Positions 9,908 through 16,532 of a DNA stretch of 64,000 bases are shown piece after piece. The DNA comes from an uncultured archaeon. GTDB taxonomy: Archaea > Aenigmatarchaeota > Aenigmatarchaeia > QMZP01 > JACQNV01. A program made the position numbers and the translations under genes. The first letter of the stretch is position 1, and each line of letters begins with the position of its first letter. The notes below the pieces were generated by a model, which was not told the origin of the DNA, searched no databases, and saw only the letters and a program-made list of their open reading frames with translations. The DNA is taken from assembly GCA_964410585.1 (NCBI GenBank), contig CAYPFW010000001.1, forward strand, positions 480,001 to 544,000, read 5' to 3'.

Positions 9908-9934
9908 ATTGAGCATAATGATCTTATGCTCCCA
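9908..9934. repeat. dif-like site S2
   Basis: ATTGAGCATAA-TGATC-TTATGCTCCCA. Confidence 0.85.
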
Positions 9935-9949
9935 CGATAGTGGCGAGAC

Positions 9950-10246
9950 TTACTTTGGCTGATCAGAAGTCGAAGAGTCGACGGCGGAGGCTCTTGAAAC
10001 AATATATTCTTCTGTAAAATTTTCGAGTTCGGTAAGAACTTCTGGGTCAGATCCTATATAAGCAAATAATCTGTGTGCAAGCATATCATAACTACCAACT
10101 TCTTTACCTTCTCTATCATAAATTAAAGCACCATCAATCCCTGGAATATCTAAAACTCTGAAGCCTCTTCTCTGTATTGATTCTGCAAAATCTTTAAAAG
10201 ATTCGTCCCTTCCTAATTGATATTCTCCAATTTTAATTTGTTTCAT
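9950..10246 (-). CDS. Cassette 3 gene, hypothetical protein
   Basis: 98-aa ORF; TTTAAA box about 25 bp upstream of ATG. Confidence 0.75.
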   Translation of the reverse strand: MKQIKIGEYQLGRDESFKDFAESIQRRGFRVLDIPGIDGALIYDREGKEVGSYDMLAHRLFAYIGSDPEVLTELENFTEEYIVSRASAVDSSTSDQPK

Positions 10247-10305
10247 AAGCTATGAATTGACACCAAGTTTTAAATATACCAAACACAGAAGAGCCGAAGC
10301 CGTCG

Positions 10306-10332
10306 ATTGAGCATAAGTGTCTTATGCTCCCA
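10306..10332. repeat. dif-like site S3
   Basis: ATTGAGCATAA-GTGTC-TTATGCTCCCA. Confidence 0.85.
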
Positions 10333-10394
10333 CGATAGTGGTTCGAACTTGGGAAAATGATATAGAAGTGAGAAAGTCGCATGTGGAGGGGCTA

Positions 10395-10649
10395 TTAACC
10401 ATATTTTATTTTATGAAACAGAACAGTTAATGAAAAAATAAATGTAACTATATTTATGCTTATCAAGGGCAACGAATTAATCAATACACCATAAATCAAC
10501 CACAATAACTGACTTATCGTAAGGATAAGATACATGTGAAAGTTAATATCGCGAGTCAACTTGGTTCTCCACACTTGAACTACTTGAGGGAAAATAGCAA
10601 CAATTGACAAAATGGTGGCAATATACCCGAGAAGGTCAACATAAATCAT
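10395..10649 (-). CDS. Cassette 4 gene, SemiSWEET/PQ-loop family transporter
   Basis: 84 aa, three TMs, FPQVVQVWRTK.T.DI motif, LWL.YG. Confidence 0.9.
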   Translation of the reverse strand: MIYVDLLGYIATILSIVAIFPQVVQVWRTKLTRDINFHMYLILTISQLLWLIYGVLINSLPLISINIVTFIFSLTVLFHKIKYG

Positions 10650-10700
10650 ACAATTAATTGAATTCGCATATGTAAATATTTTTTAGCCCCGGAACATGCG

Positions 10701-10727
10701 ATTGAGCATAATGATCTTATGCTCCCA
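10701..10727. repeat. dif-like site S4
   Basis: ATTGAGCATAA-TGATC-TTATGCTCCCA. Confidence 0.85.
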
Positions 10728-10808
10728 CGATAGTGGTTCGAACTTGGAAAATAATATAGAAGTGAGAAAGTCGAGCTCGCAGTTAACAAATAGAAACAAG
10801 CTTTTGGA

Positions 10809-11141
10809 TTAATCTGTCAAATCAAGAGAGGGGGCGGGGATTGTTTTTGGTTCATCGATTTTTCTCAAATCATAGAAAGATCTAAGATAAAAATAAGGTA
10901 CTAAAGCAGGAGTAACGACTATTCCAGAAATACCAATGCCTAAGCTAAGCAACGCATCTACAGGATCTTCTTCCCAGTTTTCTTTTGATATATCAAGATC
11001 TCTATATATACTATCAACAGCTTTTGAAAAAGACCAACCTAAACGGGTTCTATAAACCAGTCCATACTCCTGACTCAAATGATTAATTGTAGAACGTGTA
11101 AGTTCCTCACTTTCTGAAACAGCTGTCTTGGGAATAAACAT
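10809..11141 (-). CDS. Cassette 5 gene, hypothetical membrane protein (related to cassette 2 gene)
   Basis: Start MFIPK chosen by analogy to the cassette 2 promoter spacing; one TM. Confidence 0.75.
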   Translation of the reverse strand: MFIPKTAVSESEELTRSTINHLSQEYGLVYRTRLGWSFSKAVDSIYRDLDISKENWEEDPVDALLSLGIGISGIVVTPALVPYFYLRSFYDLRKIDEPKTIPAPSLDLTD

Positions 11142-11225
11142 ATAACCAAAATATAACTGCAAACAATTTAAGCTTAATCCCGCCCCCTCGTAAGTTGCCT
11201 AGTAATCCAAAAACCTGCGAGCTCG

Positions 11226-11253
11226 ATTGAGCATAATCAGTGTTAAGTGACTC
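11226..11253. repeat. dif-like site S5 (hybrid arms)
   Basis: ATTGAGCATAA-TCAGTG-TTAAGTGACTC. Confidence 0.8.
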
Positions 11254-11328
11254 TGTTAGGAGCGAGGCTTAACAGGTTATTAAGTAGCCGAAGAGTCGAA
11301 AGAAAGTAAACAACTAATAGGGGCGGAA

Positions 11329-11697
11329 TTAGTCAGATCGTCTAGGCATAGATATAATGGTTGGTTTACCCATATCATCCCAAGCTTCCCAGGCTTCTCG
11401 AGAAACACCTGTTTGTCTAACGTCATCCCCAGTAACTACATGTGGAGGTTGAGCGTCTTCTGGAAGATTTTGCACATATCTATCAAAAACCCTACTAACA
11501 GCATAAAGTGTAAATCCAGGATTTCCCCCAGTAAGTTCTTCCAAAGCGGCATAACCAGAATCATCAAATCTAATAAAACTACCAGGCTCTTGACCCATCG
11601 CTTTGTGTGCAAAATCTAATCTACGCTCAACGACTGGTCTAACCATAGAACGGTTGGTAGGTATTTCGATGTAACGCATCTCAATTGGCTCTGACAT
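11329..11697 (-). CDS. Cassette 6 gene, hypothetical protein (weak AAA+ lid-like LEELTGGNP motif)
   Basis: 122-aa ORF with GGTGA SD. Confidence 0.75.
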   Translation of the reverse strand: MSEPIEMRYIEIPTNRSMVRPVVERRLDFAHKAMGQEPGSFIRFDDSGYAALEELTGGNPGFTLYAVSRVFDRYVQNLPEDAQPPHVVTGDDVRQTGVSREAWEAWDDMGKPTIISMPRRSD

Positions 11698-11782
11698 ATA
11701 ATCACCAAATCAACCATTAAATATTGAAAGTAAACTATTTAAGTTATAAATTACGCCCTTCACGGTTAACCGCTTTCTTTCG

Positions 11783-11810
11783 ATTTCACTTAAGAGACTT
11801 TATACGAACG
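11783..11810 (-). other. Recombinase-proximal dif-like site S6 (candidate insertion site, attI equivalent)
   Basis: Minus strand CGTTCGTATAA-AGTCTC-TTAAGTGAAAT: 11-6-11 layout resembling bacterial dif XerC (..TCGTATAA) and XerD (TTATGTTAAAT) arms. Confidence 0.75.
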
Positions 11811-11906
11811 TTGATAAACTAGACTGATTTTGGGCTTTATTTGTTGTTTTGAGATTGTTTTGGATATATTGATTCTGACGCTTCTGGAAATCTATAGACG
11901 CTAAAT

Positions 11907-12233
11907 TTAGCCATATCCAAATCTTCTCTCATAATTTTTGTGATCAAACCACTCAAGTAAGATAGCCATTATTTTAATTTCGTCTTTTGCTATTGTGTAT
12001 ATTAGTCTCCAAGCGTTTGGCAAATCATATTTCCACAAATTGTCTATTTTGTATTTCTTGATGTATTCTTTCGGCCACAAATCTTGAGGAATCTTTATTC
12101 CACAATTTGGATTCTTTTTCAAATCATCGGTTGCTCTTTCAAGAAATTTGTAAAGCTGAGGATCTTCAGATTCTGCCTTTTCGTACTCCTCCTTTGTTTT
12201 CTCATCTATAAAACCAACAAACACATTTGTCAT
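11907..12233 (-). CDS. RelE/ParE-superfamily toxin-like protein
   Basis: L..NP..G.KI...LWPK.Y.....NLWKYDLP.AWRLIYTI....I.....LEWFDHK.YER. Confidence 0.7.
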   Translation of the reverse strand: MTNVFVGFIDEKTKEEYEKAESEDPQLYKFLERATDDLKKNPNCGIKIPQDLWPKEYIKKYKIDNLWKYDLPNAWRLIYTIAKDEIKIMAILLEWFDHKNYERRFGYG

Positions 12234-12493
12234 TTTAATATCAATCCTTTTTGTGTCACTTTCCTAATTAGTTCTGGGTTCCATATCCATACTATCTTTT
12301 CATCTTTGCCTATCGTAATTTTTCCCAGTTCTTCCAGATAATCAATTATCATGGAAAATGTTTGGTACATAACTTGCTTGGGGAGCGCTTTCCACAACTC
12401 TGTTTTCGTTGGGTAAAAACCCAAATTTTTTATAGTGTCCTCTACCATCAATACCGTGTCCAGTCTTGGATAGTGCAAAATATTTTGGCTCAT
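12230..12493 (-). CDS. Small winged-helix-like protein, putative antitoxin
   Basis: HYPRLDTVLMVE..I...KTELWKALPKQVMYQT; overlaps the toxin start (ATGA). Confidence 0.65.
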   Translation of the reverse strand: MSQNILHYPRLDTVLMVEDTIKNLGFYPTKTELWKALPKQVMYQTFSMIIDYLEELGKITIGKDEKIVWIWNPELIRKVTQKGLILK

Positions 12494-12524
12494 GTAATTA
12501 TATAAGTTTATATAACTTATAAAG

Positions 12525-13379
12525 CTATCTGTTGTCTCCATATATCCCATCCAGAGGACTCCTAACTTTTATCAAAGTTGGTGCAGCTGTGTGTAGATAA
12601 ATTTGTGTGGTTTCTGGGCTTTTGTGGCCGAGCAGGCCTTGGACTTCTGAAACAGAGCAACCGTTTTCAATCAAGTGGGTTGCGAAGGAATGTCTTAAAG
12701 TGTGAGGATGAACCTTCTTTCCAATTTTGGATTTTTTTGAGGCCTTTTTCAGGATTTGCTGGATGCTGCGGACGCTGTATTTGGTTTTTTGGTTTGTAAG
12801 AAAGAGTGGGTTTTCTGGGAGAAGACCTTCATCTTGGATAAGTTTTCGGATTGCTGATTTCAGGCTTTCTGCGATAATAAACAATCTGTCTTTATTTCCT
12901 TTGCCTCCTCTAACCCAGCCATAGTTGTTTTCAAGATTCAATTCCTTTACAGTTAAATTTACAAGTTCAGAAACCCGCATACCAGAAGAGTATAGGAATT
13001 CTATCATCAGCTTGTGTTTTTGATTTTGTACTGAGGAAAATAATTTTTGAATTTCATCTTTGGTCAAAACAACTGGAATTTTCTCTGGAACTTTGGAGTA
13101 GCTTATATCTATCCAAATTCTTTTGTCAAGGACTTCTTCAAACAAAAATCTGATCGCCATGTGGTAGACGTTCATTGTGCTGCCTGATTTTTCTTTTTCA
13201 GAGAGATTTTCAAGAAATTCGCGGACATCTTTTTTGCCTATTTTATCCAGACTCTTTCTAGAGAATTTTAGAAATTGATCGATACAATAAATATAGGTCT
13301 CAGATGTTCTGGGACTATAGTTTCTTCTTCTACATTCTTTTTCGAGAGAAGATTTCCAATCGATAGGTGTGTAGGACAT
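12525..13379 (-). CDS. Tyrosine recombinase (Xer-like) with N-terminal SAM-like domain
   Basis: RRRNYSPRT..TY, YSSGMRVSE (R), GKGNKDR (K), HTLRHSFATH (HxxR), LLGH, TQIY (Y), SPLD; lacks the IntI-specific insertion; alternative start 13412. Confidence 0.95.
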   Translation of the reverse strand: MSYTPIDWKSSLEKECRRRNYSPRTSETYIYCIDQFLKFSRKSLDKIGKKDVREFLENLSEKEKSGSTMNVYHMAIRFLFEEVLDKRIWIDISYSKVPEKIPVVLTKDEIQKLFSSVQNQKHKLMIEFLYSSGMRVSELVNLTVKELNLENNYGWVRGGKGNKDRLFIIAESLKSAIRKLIQDEGLLPENPLFLTNQKTKYSVRSIQQILKKASKKSKIGKKVHPHTLRHSFATHLIENGCSVSEVQGLLGHKSPETTQIYLHTAAPTLIKVRSPLDGIYGDNR

Positions 13380-13437
13380 ACGATTTATGTATATTTTTAA
13401 TTCTTTTGGCATGGTAGCTGACAGTATCTGGAAATTT

Positions 13438-13644
13438 TCAAGCTGCTTGTAGAGAAGAAATTGTGTTTTTAGGGACTACTTTGCTTGCTGAAAGGATTTC
13501 TATTCCAATTAATTTTTTGTTTGAGTCAAAATCGAGGACAATATTTTCGTTCATAGACACTGTGCTCTTTACTTCGCCTTTGGAGATTTTGTCCTTTAGG
13601 TAAATGTAGGCTGCATCTGCTTCTTTGTCGTATGTTATTTTCAT
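13438..13644 (-). CDS. DUF2283-family protein (putative antitoxin)
   Basis: MKITYDKEADAAYIYL...IVLDFD....LIGIEILSAS. Confidence 0.9.
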   Translation of the reverse strand: MKITYDKEADAAYIYLKDKISKGEVKSTVSMNENIVLDFDSNKKLIGIEILSASKVVPKNTISSLQAA

Positions 13645-13648
13645 ATCT

Positions 13649-13864
13649 CTAGTAGACTGTTATTATAATTATAGTGTCTTTTTCTTCCTTATAAACAACC
13701 TCTATAGTGCGGTTGCTAATTTTTTTGGTAGCTGTGTTTCTATCTTTGAACGATGATATTGAATAATCATAAGAATATATGGTTTGTTCAACTTGTTCTT
13801 TTGATATGTCACGCTCTTCCATTCTCTGTTTAGCATGGTTTGTGTACACTATTCTTTTTGGCAT
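13649..13864 (-). CDS. DUF4258-family protein (putative RelE-like toxin)
   Basis: YTNHAKQRMEERDIS...V...I...IIIITVY. Confidence 0.85.
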   Translation of the reverse strand: MPKRIVYTNHAKQRMEERDISKEQVEQTIYSYDYSISSFKDRNTATKKISNRTIEVVYKEEKDTIIIITVY

Positions 13865-13898
13865 AAGACATTAGATCTAGAAATATCATCTTACAAAA

Positions 13899-14243
13899 TC
13901 AGTTAGCATAGTCTTCTTGAGAAAGAACAACGCTCAATTTTATTGGTCCGTCTTCTATTGGTTTTAGCCTCATTTTCAGAATTTCGTTGAAAAAGAAGCT
14001 AAGAGAATTCGAAATAAGTTGTGGGAAAGCCCCTGATTTGTTGGAGAGCTCTTTTTCCAAATATTCTTGCAAATCGCTTTCTGTTATTTCTTCCAACGGT
14101 TTGTCTATCTTAAAAACAAACTTTTTAATGTTGAAAAGATGTGTTGCTATTGTTTCTTCTGGCAGATTCTTGAGCCTCATTTCCCTGTATGCAACAAATA
14201 TTGGGTCAATATCCATTTCCATAATACTCCTCCTATTCATCAC
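13899..14243 (-). CDS. Stand-alone integrase N-terminal SAM-like domain protein
   Basis: EMRLKNLPEETI..HL..IKKF...DKPLEEIT..DLQEYLE...S....LI..SLSFFFNEILK...L.VVLS parallels the recombinase N-domain; no catalytic domain. Confidence 0.75.
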   Translation of the reverse strand: MMNRRSIMEMDIDPIFVAYREMRLKNLPEETIATHLFNIKKFVFKIDKPLEEITESDLQEYLEKELSNKSGAFPQLISNSLSFFFNEILKMRLKPIEDGPIKLSVVLSQEDYAN

Positions 14244-14571
14244 TCATTGCAATCTCCCTGAAAAGGAGATGTATAGCGTCTCTTGCAATTTTTTTATTTG
14301 ATTGTATTTGGTTTAGGTAATCGTTAAGGTCTTCCTCGCAGGCTGCTGATGGGTCCTTTTCCAAAAAGTTTAGGAACCCGTATATGTGGAACCAGTAGTC
14401 TTTTATTTCCTCTTTTGAGAGGCTTCTTCTCTCCATTTCTAGAGAAAGTTTAAACTCTAATGTCCTTGGATAAAAATCCAAAGCTGTGGAAAATTCTAAG
14501 AAGGCTCCTTGGACAATTTGTTTTTCCAATTCATCGGCCTTTGGAGGGCAAGATTGTAACATAATGATCAC
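14233..14571 (-). CDS. Second stand-alone integrase N-terminal SAM-like domain protein
   Basis: LEMERRSLS.EEI.DY...I..FL.F..K........DL.DYL.........AIHLLFREI; start uncertain. Confidence 0.6.
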   Translation of the reverse strand: MIIMLQSCPPKADELEKQIVQGAFLEFSTALDFYPRTLEFKLSLEMERRSLSKEEIKDYWFHIYGFLNFLEKDPSAACEEDLNDYLNQIQSNKKIARDAIHLLFREIAMSDE

Positions 14572-14584
14572 TTAAATTGTAATT

Positions 14585-14665
14585 TAGTTTTCTTTTGGGA
14601 TACCTTACCACTTCTCTAGTTGTAAACTTTTGATCAACCTTTTCTTAAAAGGTTGAGAAAGGGGA
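14585..14665. repeat. Family C (inverted) interrupted by a D hairpin
   Basis: TAGTTTTCTTTTGGGATACCTTACCAC...TCAACCTTTT/AAAAGGTTGA..GAAAGGGG. Confidence 0.7.
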
Positions 14666-14668
14666 AGT

Positions 14669-14730
14669 TGGAGGGGTATCCTTCGGGGGCAATCCGAAGG
14701 TTGCTGACATGTATTTCAGTCAGCTCTCCA
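14669..14730 (-). ncRNA. Putative structured leader or ncRNA (three-way junction)
   Basis: TGGAG/CTCCA closing stem, CCTTCGG/CCGAAGG and GCTGAC/GTCAGC hairpins; minus-strand TTATATA box about 25 bp upstream. Confidence 0.45.
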
Positions 14731-14985
14731 CAATAAGACGTTCTTTTGGACAGTATATAAGGCAAACCCAAGGGTAGCTTTCCGCAATTCCAATTTCGGT
14801 GTTATATTGGCTATGTATATCGATTTTCGAGATTCCAATAAATTCCACAAAGAAACAGTGTTATTTATTTTTATGCTTCAATAAAATAGATGAGGAAAGA
14901 TTTGGTCAAAATTTATAGAGAGGATAGGAGACGATTAGCTAGACAAATTTATGCGGAATTTTTATCTTGAGACTCTCGCGGAGTT

Positions 14986-15324
14986 TTGGATTTGGTTAGA
15001 TCAAAGGGATATGAGGTAGATGGTCTTCAAATTAGAGGCGATATACAAGTTGATTTTTATGCAACAAAACCAGTAGGACAGAGAAAAATTTATGTTGCTG
15101 CACCTGTTTTAGATGATAAGGGACACAAACTTTTGATAAGAGGTGAGGCATATGGCAACCCATTATTTGATTTGCATAGGGGAGTTCATCTTGTTTTGCA
15201 TCCACCTCGCCAGGAGGAATCTGATCTTGATCAGCTTTTTGAGGCAGTATCTCAACAATTTCCACCGCTACTGTTACTTAAGTTGTTTTATAGGGATGTA
15301 AATAAAAGAAGAGAAGCCTTATAG
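14986..15324 (+). CDS. Hypothetical protein, possibly frameshifted (true start may be ATG 14890)
   Basis: TTG-start ORF; an upstream ATG frame would join it with one extra T in GAGTTTTGG. Confidence 0.5.
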   Translation: MDLVRSKGYEVDGLQIRGDIQVDFYATKPVGQRKIYVAAPVLDDKGHKLLIRGEAYGNPLFDLHRGVHLVLHPPRQEESDLDQLFEAVSQQFPPLLLLKLFYRDVNKRREAL

Positions 15325-15392
15325 AACCAAGGAATAGCAGACGGTTTGGATGTTGTAGAGGAACTTATTTTAGAAAACGATAGCATGCTAAG

Positions 15393-16412
15393 TTAAATAG
15401 TATAAATCCTTCCCCTACCATCTCCAACAAGTTTGATCAGCTTATAGTGTTCCAATTTATCTAAATAATTCCTTGCTGTCCTGTCAACTATTTTTTCCAG
15501 TTTATTTTTTTCACATAACTCTTCAAATTTTTTGTAGAAGTCTTGAGGCGCTATTTTTCCTGAAGCACAAATAATTTCATACATTAGTTTTTGATGCTTG
15601 TTTAGAGAGGATATTAGATCATTTCTTCCAACGATTTTGGCCTTGTGTATGAATTTATCTACAAAATCAACTGGGATTTTTTTTAAATCTTTTCTCTCTG
15701 CCTCTTCTGCAACTATTCTTAAAGTATCTATAGCAAACCTCGAATCTCCCTCTGAAACAGAGGCTATTTTTTCAATCAATTCTTGGGAAGCCGCGTGTGG
15801 GAGGAGACCATATTCTGCTCTGGTTTTTAGTATGTCTATTATCTCATACTCTTTGTAGTGCGGAAATTCTATGTAGTTTATTGAGGCTAACCTACTCCTT
15901 ATTCTTTCCTCGAAACCAAAGAGCGCTGTCTCTTTATTTGAAATGAAAATTAAACAAGCACCCAGTGAAAGAAATTCATAGATAATTCTGTCAGATTCTA
16001 TCTGGTCCACCTCATCTAAAATTATCACACAATTCTTGCCTTTTATTTTTGCTTTAACTTTTTCCAAAAGCTCGTCTGTTGGTATGCCTTTCCTGTGGAT
16101 GAATGTTTGACCAAATTCATGAAGAATATTGTAAAGTATTTGGAAATCAGAAGGTGTTGTCCAACAGTTTATGTAAGAAGATGTTACAGGAATGTGAGAT
16201 TTCAGTTCCTCAATAATAAATTTTGAGAGGCAGGTTTTTCCTGTTCCAGGTGGCCCGTACAAGAAAACATTCCTTGCCTGCTTCCCATTTACTATTGGAG
16301 AAAGGTCGTCGCGTATAGTGGATATTTGAGAATCTCTATGAATAATTTTTGATGGAATGAATTGCTCTGTTAGAACGCGAAGATCTCGGATGATTGTATT
16401 ATCTGTATACAT
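15393..16412 (-). CDS. cdc6: Orc1/Cdc6 family replication initiation protein
   Basis: FIPSKIIHRD, GPPGTGKT, YINC, ILDEVD, RIRSRL, GDSRFAID, C-terminal wHTH. Confidence 0.92.
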   Translation of the reverse strand: MYTDNTIIRDLRVLTEQFIPSKIIHRDSQISTIRDDLSPIVNGKQARNVFLYGPPGTGKTCLSKFIIEELKSHIPVTSSYINCWTTPSDFQILYNILHEFGQTFIHRKGIPTDELLEKVKAKIKGKNCVIILDEVDQIESDRIIYEFLSLGACLIFISNKETALFGFEERIRSRLASINYIEFPHYKEYEIIDILKTRAEYGLLPHAASQELIEKIASVSEGDSRFAIDTLRIVAEEAERKDLKKIPVDFVDKFIHKAKIVGRNDLISSLNKHQKLMYEIICASGKIAPQDFYKKFEELCEKNKLEKIVDRTARNYLDKLEHYKLIKLVGDGRGRIYTI

Positions 16413-16532
16413 AATCTATATTGGTTGTAGAAGTATTTATTGGAAAGGTTAAAGTTCCAATTTTGATCAAATGGTTTTGGTTACAGAGGCCTCGAAAAGG
16501 CTAGCATTTAAAACTTACAACAAACTCTTAAT

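Larger units (their letters stand above)
8883..11810 (-). mobile_element. Array of six single-gene cassettes delimited by seven dif/Xer-like sites (integron-like, non-IntI)
   Basis: Regularly spaced palindromic sites, one co-oriented ORF per unit, cassette-specific inverted repeats around each gene, adjacent tyrosine recombinase. Confidence 0.85.

Noticed and set aside
9470-11253. CRISPR array interpretation of the GAGCATAA..TTATGCTC repeats
   Set aside because: Intervals are 395-590 bp and contain whole genes; no cas genes in the window
12525-13379. Classical integron integrase (intI) with attC sites
   Set aside because: No IntI-specific insertion before the HxxR motif, and the sites lack RYYYAAC...GTTRRRY hairpin architecture
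14780-14870. oriC call from ORB-like motifs
   Set aside because: Matches too short and lacking the G-string; kept only as a low-confidence finding
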